Part shown: piece after piece, positions 12,157 to 23,618 of the stretch
How positions within the stretch are numbered: the stretch's first letter is position 1
Layout: each line of letters starts with the position of its first letter
Assembly: GCA_032718475.1 (NCBI GenBank)
Contig: JAUCBJ010006071.1
Location: 1-60,891, forward strand
Origin: Nemertoderma westbladi
Taxonomy: Eukaryota; Animalia; Xenacoelomorpha
DNA length: 60,891 nt
Direction of reading: 5' to 3'
Notes under the pieces: generated by a model
The model's input: only the letters and a program-made list of their open reading frames with translations
What the model was told of the DNA's origin: nothing
Database searches by the model: none
Translations under genes and position numbers: made by a program

Positions 12157-12176
12157 TTGGAGCAATAAGATATTCC

Positions 12177-14793
12177 ATAGATAGATAGATAGATTTATTT
12201 ATACATTATGTAAAAACAATAACAAATACACCAAACAATGTACCGGTATAAAGGTATTGTCCAACATAACATATAGGATTACCCCTAAAGCTTTGCAGCT
12301 TATTTCCAAGGGGGTCCTTTATGTTACTTGGTTACAAATACAATATTACACTACGCTAACCTAAAACCAATATAAAACGTAATTACACTATGTACATGTA
12401 CAACTTTACCGAGAGCGTGACAATGCCCGACTCAACGATAAAGATGTAATGTACAGAACAATTTATTATAAAACGTATTTACAGCATAAATAGTAAATAA
12501 TTAATAAGCTAATAACTTACTGTAGGACTATTGTACCTATTTTTACATTGCACACGGAGATGAGATTTAACTGCAGATTTAAAAGAATGTTGATTATTTA
12601 GGTTTTTAATTTCATTAGGCAGAGCGTTCCAATTTTTTATGCCGTTAAAAAAGAAAGTATCAGATTCAAAGGATTTACAATTCGGGAGGTAGAAGTTTGA
12701 AGCACTAGCTCTGGTACTGTAAGAGTGTGTATCGCGTACTCTGTTGAATTTTTGTTTTAGGTAATTGGGACATTTACCATTATACACTTTATGCACATGG
12801 TTAAGGCGTAGCTGCTTAACTCTACTATCTAAGTTAAGTAGTCCAGATTCAGAAAAGTCATCTGGAGTTAGGTGGTGCCTAGGTTTGTAGTCTTTAATAA
12901 ATCGTACTACTTTATTCTGAGCTACTTGTAATTTACATTTAAGCTGTTTGGTTAAGCCTTCATACCAAGAAGAGCAAGCATAGTCCATGTGACACTGTAT
13001 TAAAGAAGAGCAAAGTAACTTGCGGGAGTCGGTGTTTAAACTATTTTTATTTCTGTATAGAAACCTAAGCCTACTGTTAACTTTCGAGAAAATATTTTTC
13101 ACTGTACTTTCTCCTGATAAGCAGTTATCCAATGTGGCGCCTAAATATTTAACTTCCTTTTTATTTTCAATCTTATGTCCATTACTAGCGACTTCAAACT
13201 TAGTTACCTTCTTTAACTTTCTTTTGGAACCAAACAAAATACTTTCAGTTTTACCGTAGTGAATGGATAGCTTATTATCAACCAACCACTCATTACAGGA
13301 TTCTAGAACTGCACTTAACTTTTGGGAAATATGGATAGGATCTTTATGAGAGAAAATAAGAGCACTGTCGTCGGCATATAAAATGAGTTTAAAATCGGGA
13401 TCTATACTACTTATCATATCATTTACATAGCATACAAAAAGCAGAGGACCTAATATACTACCTTGCGGTACACCACAGGTAATCTCTTGTACAGTAGACA
13501 GCGATTTGCTAATGACTACAGTTTGACCTCTGTCTGACAGGTAGGACTTGAACCAGTCTATAGAACCTACACCCATCAGGCCTAACTTACCAAGCAGAAT
13601 TTCGTGATCTACAGTATCGAAAGCCTTTTGTAGGTCCAACATTACCATACCAGTATATAAACCCTTTGCGTTATTACATCTAATTGTATCAGTTAAGTTA
13701 ATAAGGCAGGTGTCTGTAGAATATGATTTACGAAAACCGGACTGAATTTCATAGATCAGATTTAGCCTACTAAGATGTGCCTCCAGCTGTAGAAAAACAG
13801 AACGTTCTAGAATTTTAGATACAATACTTAAGATACTAACAGGTCTGTAATTACAGGGTTCTACTTTACTATTCTTTTTATACAGAGGAACAACCTTAGC
13901 TAATTTCAGTTCGTCTGGTACTACATTATCTACGATAGAGTAATTAATAATAAAAGTAATAGGCACTTTAAGTACTACAGCACCATCCTTAAGAAAACGG
14001 GCAGGTATTAGATCTAGACCGGTACTTTTTGAGGCTGATAGGCTAAGTAGATTTTTAAAAACGAAATCCTCAGAAACGGGTTTTAAAAATAACTTTTCTG
14101 AATTTTGTAACTTTTCTAAATAAAAATTATTTAGAGTTTCGGACCCTATACTATATTTATTACTTGATAACGGTAATTTCTTAACTAAATTAGAGGCAAC
14201 ATTAGTAAAATAATTATTAAATAAATTACTAACTAGAGTATGATCATGAATCAGCTCACCGTTATCTTGCAGAACAATATTCGATTTAGATTTAAGGTTT
14301 TTATAACCTAAAGATTTTAGGGTAGACCATAGACTTTTTGGATTATCTTTATTCTCACTTTTTGTTGTACAAATATTCAGATTTAGCTTTTTTTATTTCC
14401 CGTTGGACAAGGTTTCTATATTTGCAGTAATTATTATAATCAGCTAAAACACGGTATTTCCTAAATTTATACTAATAGTTATCTCTTTCTCTGATATTAC
14501 TAAGAATACCCGAGGTCATCCAGGGCTCAGTGCGTTGTTTAAGACTAATTTCTTTAATTGGTGCTACAGTATTAAGTGCCTTTAAAAATATATCTTTAAA
14601 AACAGTGTACGCAAGGTTAATGTCAGCGGCCTTAAAACAGGGTTCCCAGTCAGAATTAACTAACAAACTTAAAAAGCGTTCCTTGCTGTAATTTTTCATA
14701 GACCTAACTGTTACTGTTTTATGATCCCCGAAAAAAGATTTTTGTGTCTTTCTTGTGCAAAAAACTATAAAATGATCGCTTAGACCTATAGAT
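12177..14793 (-). mobile_element. 5'-truncated CR1/L2-group LINE (end of APE plus RT)
   Basis: GLSDHFIVFCTRK at the truncated 5' end; RT ORF 12509..13966; AATAAA followed by an (ATCT)n tail; ATAGAT at both junctions (12177-12182, 14788-14793). Confidence 0.9.
12509..13966 (-). pseudogene. LINE reverse transcriptase, 3' part of ORF2
   Basis: [44 protein letters not shown]; upstream part broken by stops or frameshift. Confidence 0.92.
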
Positions 14794-14906
14794 TGAGAAA
14801 ATCATGCCCTATGATTGGCCCAACTCATCGTTCCATGTGTTGTCCGCACCTCATTGGTTTGTCAAATTGTATGAAATGAAAATAAATTGCCCCAAAATGC
14901 AAATTT

Positions 14907-14974
14907 CCCGACTGGGATTCGAACTCGTAACCTATGTAATGCAACCAACGCCTTAACCATCTGACCACTACGCC
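14907..14974 (-). pseudogene. tRNA-derived relic (SINE head or tRNA pseudogene)
   Basis: Minus strand has A box TGGTCAGATGG and B box GTTCGAATCC at tRNA spacing; acceptor and anticodon stems do not pair properly. Confidence 0.6.
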
Positions 14975-15851
14975 ACGAGATTAACTAGGGGTTTTATGTC
15001 AATGCCAACCATATTGACCAAGTCACGTACGGGACAAAAAATATACAAAAATGAAAATTATTCGAGAATGAATGGTCGGATGGCTTTGATCGCCAGATAC
15101 ACTATAACCGGTCCCGCCCTGCTGTGAGACACTGAAACCCCAGTTTGTTATAGAAAAAGATGCAACGAATTAAAAAAAAAATCGGGACATTTTTCAAATT
15201 TTGTTATTGTGATTTTGGCCATTAAAATTACAATTCAGTTGCCAAACGATTAATATCCCTTCTGAGTATAATTCCTGTGAACAAGTAAACGTAGCTTCGT
15301 AGTAAATTTGAGATATCAGAAATACAAAAAAAAAATAATGTGGTCCGATTTTTTGCCACATAACGTGACACTCGGCAAATGATAAATTTAATGGCATATA
15401 AATTGTCAAATATGGCCCATTAACCCGATGTGTTGACACTCCCACTCATATTCTTCCATGTGTTTCAGTTAGATTGGCAATTTTTGGTTGTTTAGCAGTT
15501 CATATGAATAAATAGAGTGAGCATGTCCAAAACGGTAAAAAAAAAAAGTGTCCCATACTTAACGGAGGTTGTTTTTTTTATCAGAAAACGCAAACTCATA
15601 AAGATATAGATCACCACATCCATTTCTTAGATAGTTTTGCCATGTATGGGTTGTATCAGTGAGACTGCTACGTAAACATTTATTTGGCAAGGTTGAAAAA
15701 CTGCCATGTCCCATAACGTGACATGATGTCTCATACTTGACACTGTGTTGGGGGCAGTACTAAACAATTAATTACTCACATTTAATTAATTGTTGGGGGC
15801 TTACCAGTTACAGATAAACTGTAACCTGCTTCTTCCCCTTAATTGACAAAA

Positions 15852-15910
15852 GACCAAATTAATTTATTACCAAATTAATATATTACCAAATTAATTTATT
15901 ACCAAATTAA
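15852..15910. repeat. 16-bp tandem repeat ACCAAATTAATTTATT, ~4 copies
   Basis: Direct reading. Confidence 0.8.
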
Positions 15911-16155
15911 CTATTTGCAGAAAGGGTTTTGAGATTGGGACAGTAGTTGAGAGTGGGATGGAGTTGGGAATGGAAAAGGAGTTGGCAATGGGAAGGACGA
16001 TAAACTGGATTTAAATTCTAGTACGGATGAGTTATTTGAAGAATTTTATGATTCTATTTTATGATTTTATGTTTTTAATTGCAAAATAAATCTCAAAAAA
16101 TATAATAATCGTTTCCATGTAAATTCCTTTCTATACCGTTCAATATGTCCCATAC

Positions 16156-16492
16156 GGAAGCAGGACAATTCGGTCCCGGACAATTCGGTCCGGACAATTC
16201 GGTCCCGGACAATTCGGTCCCATTAATTTTGTGTTTTGGGACCGAATTGTCCGGGACCGAATTGTCCGGGAACGAATTGTCCGAATACTGACTGGACAAT
16301 TCGGTCCCGGACATATTCGGTCCAGGACAATTCGGTCCCTGGGAGCGAATTGTCCGGGACCGAATTGTCCGGGACCGAATTCTCCGGACCGAATTGTCCG
16401 GACCGAATTGTCCGGACCGAATTGTCCGAACCGATTTGTCCGGACCGAATTGTCCGGGACCGAATTGTCCGGGACCGAATTGTCCTACATCC
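16156..16492. mobile_element. Mutator/Foldback-type MITE made of inverted 15-16-bp repeat blocks
   Basis: 9-bp TSD GTCCCATAC (16147-16155, 16493-16501); termini GGAAGCAGGACAATT / AATTGTCCTACATCC; GGACAATTCGGTCCC units in alternating orientation. Confidence 0.88.
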
Positions 16493-16769
16493 GTCCCATA
16501 CATGACATCAAACAATCGTCTTTTACATTTTCAAATGAATTTTTTGATATAAAATAACGGTTTTCAGTTGACCAAATGCAACAGTATTGTGTATCACATT
16601 GTTATTAACAGGACAAAAAATATTTAGCCCCACTTTACACGGCAAAGTTACCCACAAAGTAAAACTTGATGTTGTCACTGGATTAAAAATGTCTTATCCG
16701 TGACATAATTTTTAATTTTTTTTCTCACTAGAAAACTTTCCACTACTTCGATCTGATACTAGGATAGGC

Positions 16770-18270
16770 ATGCTGCATTGCAGCTGCATTTTTAAGAATG
16801 CTGTGCCGGCTTATCGACAAAATTGCACCGCCACAACTCCCTATCACCCATGACATTTGCCAGATCATCCGCATCTTCAAGGTCAGTGTCCTTTAAGATG
16901 CGTCTCAAGAAAGTCATGGGCTGTCCACCATGCTTATTCACTCCATGAGGCTGCCAAAGTACAAGATTATGCACTGGCTGGTCCTCACGGCGAAAGCAAT
17001 GTCCTGCAAAGCGGAGGCGATTTTGTTCTAATGTCAAGCTTGGGGGAACCAATGAGACACCTCCAATGTTATATAGTGTCTGGTTGGAGATGTGTGCATT
17101 GTACTTGACACAATGAACCCGGCGTAGCATTCTTGTGAATGTGCCATCCAGAGATTTGGTGTCCACAGCAGTTAGAGCCCTGCATGGACTCCCGTAGAGG
17201 AGTACTGGAACTACTGCTGCTCTAAATAATCGGACCTTAAGTTTCCGATTAATTCTCGGTGACTTCCAAATCCTGGAAAGCCTATTCAAGGCTGCCCATG
17301 CCTTTTCCTTACGTATTCGAAGGTCCTCACCTGACTTCCGGATCCATGATCCCAGGTTACAGAAGTCGTCCACATGCTCAAGCATACCATCCTTTGAGCT
17401 TATGCTCATCCGAGCAGAGACTTGCTGAGGACTTTCAAAGTTAACTGTCAAAATTTTGGTCTTTCTGGAGTTAATAAAAAGACCAACTCTAGTAGCAGCA
17501 TGTTCTAATGAGCTGAGGAGCCGTAGGGCTCCCTCTAATGATTCTGAGAGTACTCCTAAGTCATCAGAAAAGTCTAGATCAGTTAGGTACTTGGCAGGAT
17601 TTCCTCGACTTCTGGAGCCAGTAGGTAGAGTTATCATCACCCCTTCATCATCATGATGATCTAAGGACATTCGTAGCATTCAACCACAATTATGAACAAG
17701 AATGGTGCAAGTGTGTCTCCTTGGAAGACGCCCCATAGCACTTCAAATGGTTCTGTATCACCGTCAACAGTAGACACAAATGTTGTCGACCCATCGTATA
17801 CTGATCTGATTGCTGCAATAATTTCATCAGGAATCCCATATAATGAAAGTATGCTGAACATACGTGAGCGAGAGACTGAATCAAAGGCCTTGAAGAAGTC
17901 AACAAAGATACAGCCAGATGCCTGTCTTTCTTTTTTTGATAATTCTTCAATTATCCTTCTAAGTGCCAAAATTGGCTCCATGGTCCCACGACCTTTACGG
18001 AACCCATTCTGATTTCCACGGAGAAGTCTCTCAATGGGATCCCTGATGCGATTTAATAGAATCCTATTGTATAGCTTTGCAGCAATCGAGATCAATGAGA
18101 TTCCCCGAAAAGAACCATAGAGTGTTAGGTTGCCCTTCTTGGGAACTGGTACCAACTTATTTGTTTTCATTTCTTGTGGGACTCTTGTTGTTCGGTACAT
18201 ATCTACTATGATGGGATAGATGAGCTTTAAACACTGATATATCTTGCCGGACACCTCAATACCACCATTT
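16770..18270 (-). mobile_element. RTE-type LINE fragment (RT, frameshifted, 5'-truncated)
   Basis: FRGISL, QNGFR, FVDFFKAFDS, GVFQGDTLAP, LTDLDFSDD, VLLYG, RLRFAGHC in ORFs 17661..18254 and 16792..17679. Confidence 0.9.
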
Positions 18271-18550
18271 AAACGAATGTTACTTCAAATTTTTAAGAAT
18301 TATGGACATAAAGTACGAAAATATTTATAAATTTCCCATACACGAAAAAAAAATTTCTCAATTTTTACATTCTGGAACGTTTTTCTCAATAACCGCCAAG
18401 AAATTTTTGGGGCACTTTCTGGTTTCATATGCAGAAATTATCGCTGTTTCTAACCATCACTATGGCAAATTCTCAAAGTTAATTTCAAAATTCAACAAAT
18501 TTCAAAAATCACGTACGGGACATTGGTCAATATAGTTGGCATTGACCCAT

Positions 18551-18907
18551 ATGCAAGCCGAGAAGTCGTTTGATGAAAGTGGTCTTTATTTTGTCGAGGT
18601 CTTTAATTTGGGAAAGATTAACATATAGTCCGATTTCAGTTAATGCGTATGTGGCAATGGGAGCGATTTTCATATTAAATAATTTAATTCCAGTTTCTAC
18701 AGATACCGGATGTTAATTTTTCAAACAGCCGATGGCGGAGTAGGATTTTTCCTTTTTACATTTAACATTTAACGCCTTAAGGTTGATCCGGCACTGTGTT
18801 TGGTGAATGTCAAAGTGGGCTGGAGTGTAACGCCTAAATACTCGTAGTGGTCACTGATCTTTATTGATTTTCCGTCATAATGAAATTTATCGTAAAGGGC
18901 TAGTCGG
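18551..18907 (-). pseudogene. Short LINE RT C-terminal relic
   Basis: Manual translation: DKFHYDGKSIKISDHYEYLGVTLQPTLTFTKH...KLFNMKIAPIATYA...TTFIKRLLGL. Confidence 0.7.
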
Positions 18908-19149
18908 AATTTAAGAATTAAATTAAATATATATAATAAATTTATAATTATAGTATTGCTGATTTACCCCGACTGGGGGTGTATAGATTAATATAATTAG
19001 TACCGTACCGACCCGAGTACCGTACTGGTCCCCGTGTAAAAAAATTAGAAAAACAATGCCCCAAAAGATGTTGTGTATGGTCAACAGGCTACCGGTAGCG
19101 TCCTACTGCAGTCTGGCAACAGACTGATAGGCCTATATCAGTATATGAT

Positions 19150-20001
19150 ATGAGTCATGAAGGGAGTAGGCCTGACAGCAGCGAAAAACGGAAGTCACTC
19201 AATGCCAGCGTATCAGTAAGTTCGCTGGAAGAGGTCCGGAGCCTGTCAACGGCTCAGATAAATAAATTAAACAACGCGAACCTGAAGGCGGCTTTGGCCG
19301 TCTACCGTGGGGCCGATATTCAGGAAGTTACAGTCATTCGTGACGCTCCAGGAATCTGGCCCAACGGCTCTGGTAGCATTGACTCCCCGACAGTATCAAA
19401 CAGTGATCTGATGGTAGAGATCAGGAAGCTCAGGGGCGAGGTGAAGGAGTTAGCTTACTTAAAAGAGAAAGTGGAGAGGTTAACGATTGAGGTCCAGCGG
19501 GCCCATGAAATTATCGATAATCAACAACGGTTTATGGAGGCTGCCGATAATTCCGCGCGGGAGAAGAACCTGATCATAAACGGCGTAGAGGAGAGTGAGC
19601 CCGAGTCCGGCGACTTCGAGAGAGTGGTGGAGGTTGTCGCGAAAACGGGTGCACCCACTCAGTCGGTGAGTTGGACGGTGAAACGTCTGGGGACTCGCAG
19701 CGAGGAGCGCAATCGCCCGATCCTTCTAACTGTAAACTCCCGAGGGGAACGAAATGGAATTCTAGCCAAGGCAAAGAGTTTAAAGGGCGCGGAAGACGAA
19801 CGGTTGCGGAAGGTCTACATAAACAAAGATGAGCACCCCTCCGTGCGGCGGGAGTTAGGGCGCCTCTACAGGAGGGCCAAAGAAGGGCGGGAGAAGCCGG
19901 GGAACGTGGGGGTTAAAATCTTCGTGGACCGAGGGAGACGCGTCGTCTTACGTGGGAAGGAAGTCATTGACTCGGGTAGGCCTTTGGGACCGCAGCACTA
20001 G
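19150..20001 (+). CDS. LINE ORF1 (coiled coil plus RRM-type RNA-binding domain)
   Basis: Heptad region LRGEVKELAYLKEKVERL; NLIINGVEE, RLG..RPILL, ILAKAKSLK, VYINKD. Confidence 0.88.
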   Translation: MSHEGSRPDSSEKRKSLNASVSVSSLEEVRSLSTAQINKLNNANLKAALAVYRGADIQEVTVIRDAPGIWPNGSGSIDSPTVSNSDLMVEIRKLRGEVKELAYLKEKVERLTIEVQRAHEIIDNQQRFMEAADNSAREKNLIINGVEESEPESGDFERVVEVVAKTGAPTQSVSWTVKRLGTRSEERNRPILLTVNSRGERNGILAKAKSLKGAEDERLRKVYINKDEHPSVRRELGRLYRRAKEGREKPGNVGVKIFVDRGRRVVLRGKEVIDSGRPLGPQH

Positions 20002-20034
20002 GAATGCACCAGCGCCACATCTCCAAATAGTTTG

Positions 20035-23000
20035 ATGTTATGTAGCCTGAATATATGTGGAGTGAGAGAGAAATTGACAGACTCGTCAGTCATTCGTTAT
20101 TTACAGGGATTTGACCTCGTATGGCTTCATGAAATTAAAACCACAAAGGCGATAAGTCTAGCGGGGTTTGTAACGATTCCGAATAGATCTACGCAGTTGT
20201 ACCAAGGGAGGGCTCGAGGGGGTTCAGTCCTGTTTGTAAAAAACTATTTGTCGGATTCGATATCACGGGTTGCATCTCGAGTTGAAGGCCAAATAATAGT
20301 TGAGCTGTCGGTGTACCCAGGTATATCATTTGGAGGGATCTATATACCGCCAAGTGACTCACCTTATTTTAATAACGAGTATTTTGGTAACCTACACGCC
20401 ACGCTGCTGGAAGATGAGTCGGAGGAATTGATCCTACTGGGGGACTTTAATTCCCGGGTGGGTCTACCGACCACATCGGGACCCAGCGGAATAAGGTTGG
20501 AGTATTCGGGTATCGTTGATAGCATGGTGAATAGCCATGGTAAACGGTTATCTAATGTTTGTCAGGCAGCTGGCTCCGCTGTGTTTAACCACCTGGTATG
20601 CGATGGGAAGGTCCTCGGAGGAGGGTTATCCTTCCGTCGTGGATCTAAATGGATATCGGAGCTGGATCTGTGTATAGGAAGACAGACGTCGAGTCCATAC
20701 GTTGGATCTGTAGATTTGGACCATTCATTCCGAGTTTCAGACCATGCCCCGCTGGTGGTTCGAGTTGACTTACCTAAGGATCGGTTTTATTCGTTTGGTG
20801 GGATATTGGAAAGGTCCTCCGACCTAGGCGCATCGTTTATTACTACTACGGACCCTCAGCACATCTGTCGGAAGGGGATCTCCCACCAACGGGTGTGTGC
20901 GGTGCGGTTCGCAGATTGTCTAGTAGAAAATCCACCTCCGGGCATCTCAGCCCAGTCGGTTGGTGAGTTAGAAGGGGTTTTAAAGGCGGGGTGCAGCACA
21001 GTAGAAGCGGCAGCTAGGAGCTCGTTGCTTCAATATCGGACAGGAAGTTTAATAGGGAACCCTCAGGAGTCTCGATGGAAGAGCTTGATATTGCAGGGTG
21101 ATTCGAAGCAGATCTGGAAAGCGTTGGACTGGAATGGCCGGCTGGTTGCAGACGATACCAGGGATAATAACGCGCCTAGCGAGGATGAGTTTAAAACTCA
21201 TTTCGAGGAGCTGCTAAACCCGCAGGCAGGCTCTAAGGAGGCTGTCCCGAACGAGTGCCCGGCATCTGACTTGCCGTATATCCCGTTTCTCGACGACGAG
21301 TTTACCCCTAAGGAATTCGCTGAAGTGTTGAGTGGATTAAATACGTCAAAAAGTTACCACGGCCTTTGCCCTGGCATAATAACGCGGCTTTCTGGGGTTT
21401 GGTTGATTTTCTTTCTCTCTCTCATTAACATTGTATTCAGGAGTGCTTGGTATCCTACTAATTGGTGTTACAGTAGGTTTGTTGCAATATTTAAATCAGG
21501 AAACCGGAGGTTGTGCGGTAATTATAGAGGTATTTGTGTGATGGAATCGTTGGCTAAGATTTATGACCTATTAATTACACGAAGATTGTTAGCTTGTTTT
21601 AGGGTTGATCCATGTCAGGCAGGTGGGCAACCTGGTAGAAGCTGTATCGAGCACATACTTGCATTACGTTTGTTAATAGATTACTGCAAATTTACTAAAG
21701 TGAAAGTATTTTTACTGTTTGTTGATTTTAGCAAGGCTTATGATCGTGTACCTCGTCATTTATTATTAAACCGCTTAAAAGAGTTGGGTTGTGGTAGAGT
21801 TATGTTACTTGCGATAAAAGCAATGTATTCTGGTACGGCTGCAGTATTCAAGTGTGCAATTATTTGCATGTCGGTTGGTGTAAAGCAAGGAGCGCCAAGT
21901 AGTTGTATATTATTTTGTATCTACATAGATAGGATGGTTAATATGATACGCAGTGCTGTTGGGCGGGATGGGTTTCTAGGGCTATTACACGTTTTGTTAC
22001 TAATGGATGATACTGTCATCCTAGCAACGACTAGAGATAATTGTATCGCTAAGTTTAATAAATTATTGAATTTCTGTGCTGAGTCTGGTATGCAGATAAA
22101 CCAAAAAAAAACAAAATTTTTTGTTGTAAATGGTAATAAATCAGATAAACAATCGATGTTTTTTGGTGATCTAGAAATCGTTCATTGTGTTAGTTATATT
22201 TATTTGGGTTGTCCGTTTACTGAGGACGGTAAATTGTCTTCAGTTTTAAAAATACACGAGGGACGGGCGGAAGAGACAGCGAATAAATTTTCGATATTTT
22301 GCGCTGTGAACTCTCAGATGCCTTTTTGTTTAAAGCGCAGAGTTTTTGAAGCTTGTTTATTATCCGCCCTGATGTACGGGTGCGAAAGTTGGTTGTGCTC
22401 GAATATCTCTCCTATAGAGAAACATTATGCCCGTTTGATACGAATATTATTAGGGGTGCGGGAACGAACACCAGTTGATTTGTGCATTGTGGAAGCAGGG
22501 TTTGTGCCTCTGGCGGATAAGATTTCGGAATTTAGGAAACGCGCCGTAAAGAAATTATTGGTCAACCAGGAAGCGGAAACCCCGTTCCACCAGGTATTTA
22601 GGATGTGCAAGGAAAAAAATACACCGGGCTATTGTATGCTTATTGCAGCCATGGGGCACAACCCTCACAGTAGTTGTAAGATAAAGGAACGTATTTTGGG
22701 TAAACCAGACACAAGTACTAAATATCGTACGTACGTAAATTTTAATCCAGAACTTGGTGCTCACCGTATTTACACCAGTAGCAAACTCTGTATTCCCGAC
22801 GACCACCGACTGGCCTTCACCCGACTCAGACTAATGTCCCATGGTCTGCGGGTGGAGACTGGTCGCTGGAGCCGCATACCAAGGGAGCTACGGGTGTGTG
22901 CGTGCGACATGAAATCAATTCAGGATGAGAGCCATGTTATATATTTTTGTCCAACTACACACCACGTACGAGAAAAATTCCCAGAATTCTCCATCACAGC

Positions 23001-23085
23001 ATGCCCGACGCTACCTGTACTTTTCAATCATCAGAACTCAGCCCGATTATGTAATTTCATATATCAGATTTTAAAAGAATATTGA
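20035..23085 (+). CDS. LINE ORF2: APE endonuclease + reverse transcriptase + C-terminal Cys/His motif
   Basis: SLNICG, LHE, YIPP, LGDFN, SDHAP; NYRGI, FVDFSKAYD, GVKQG, LMDD, YLG; LRVETGRW..CAC..DESHVIYFC. Confidence 0.95.
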   Translation: MLCSLNICGVREKLTDSSVIRYLQGFDLVWLHEIKTTKAISLAGFVTIPNRSTQLYQGRARGGSVLFVKNYLSDSISRVASRVEGQIIVELSVYPGISFGGIYIPPSDSPYFNNEYFGNLHATLLEDESEELILLGDFNSRVGLPTTSGPSGIRLEYSGIVDSMVNSHGKRLSNVCQAAGSAVFNHLVCDGKVLGGGLSFRRGSKWISELDLCIGRQTSSPYVGSVDLDHSFRVSDHAPLVVRVDLPKDRFYSFGGILERSSDLGASFITTTDPQHICRKGISHQRVCAVRFADCLVENPPPGISAQSVGELEGVLKAGCSTVEAAARSSLLQYRTGSLIGNPQESRWKSLILQGDSKQIWKALDWNGRLVADDTRDNNAPSEDEFKTHFEELLNPQAGSKEAVPNECPASDLPYIPFLDDEFTPKEFAEVLSGLNTSKSYHGLCPGIITRLSGVWLIFFLSLINIVFRSAWYPTNWCYSRFVAIFKSGNRRLCGNYRGICVMESLAKIYDLLITRRLLACFRVDPCQAGGQPGRSCIEHILALRLLIDYCKFTKVKVFLLFVDFSKAYDRVPRHLLLNRLKELGCGRVMLLAIKAMYSGTAAVFKCAIICMSVGVKQGAPSSCILFCIYIDRMVNMIRSAVGRDGFLGLLHVLLLMDDTVILATTRDNCIAKFNKLLNFCAESGMQINQKKTKFFVVNGNKSDKQSMFFGDLEIVHCVSYIYLGCPFTEDGKLSSVLKIHEGRAEETANKFSIFCAVNSQMPFCLKRRVFEACLLSALMYGCESWLCSNISPIEKHYARLIRILLGVRERTPVDLCIVEAGFVPLADKISEFRKRAVKKLLVNQEAETPFHQVFRMCKEKNTPGYCMLIAAMGHNPHSSCKIKERILGKPDTSTKYRTYVNFNPELGAHRIYTSSKLCIPDDHRLAFTRLRLMSHGLRVETGRWSRIPRELRVCACDMKSIQDESHVIYFCPTTHHVREKFPEFSITACPTLPVLFNHQNSARLCNFIYQILKEY

Positions 23086-23618
23086 TAAAAATTGTGCTAT
23101 TTCATGAATTTATAGGATTAAATATTCAATCTTTTATCGATGTATTATTTAAGTGTTAATCGTTAGAATTTTTTGGACGTGTGAGTGTATTCTTTCTTTG
23201 AATGTAATAAGAGAATATCGGATTATTGTATTGCAGTGCTGGTGCTGTTATTATAATTAATTATGTTCCTCTAGCGTCAATAAACATATATATATCTACC
23301 CTATTGGCTGTGTGGAGCCCCAACTAATTTAACCCAGCCTATCATACACAACATCATATCTCATGGTGCAGTAATAATGTTAGTAAGGTAATAGTAAAGT
23401 AATAATGTATGCTGGCATCAAACTCAATGTAGGATGTACATCCGATTATATGAAATGCATAATAATTAAAATTATGTTGGAATATTGTCAGAATTACGTT
23501 TGTAATAAACAAAGATGGTAGATAATATTATATATAACCCTATTATTTTTAAATATAAAAATGTATTATAATTTAAGAGCTATTATATAAATATTACTAA
23601 TCATCGAGATTATTATAT

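Larger units (their letters stand above)
14998..18548. mobile_element. Non-autonomous TIR DNA transposon hosting nested insertions
   Basis: Left end GTCAATGCCAACCATATTGACCAA..CGTACG is the inverted repeat of right end ..CGTACG..TTGGTCAATATAGTTGGCATTGACCC; superfamily not determinable. Confidence 0.75.
19000..23296 (+). mobile_element. Apparently full-length two-ORF APE-type LINE (Proto2/RTEX-like by motif; clade tentative)
   Basis: Uninterrupted ORF1 and ORF2, 3' UTR ending AATAAA + (TA)n; 5' boundary approximate, no TSD identified. Confidence 0.88.

Noticed and set aside
14907-14974. Functional tRNA gene
   Set aside because: A and B boxes are present but the cloverleaf stems do not pair.
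16093-16557. GQFGP / GPNCP repeat ORFs
   Set aside because: Translations of the MITE's 15-16-bp repeats.
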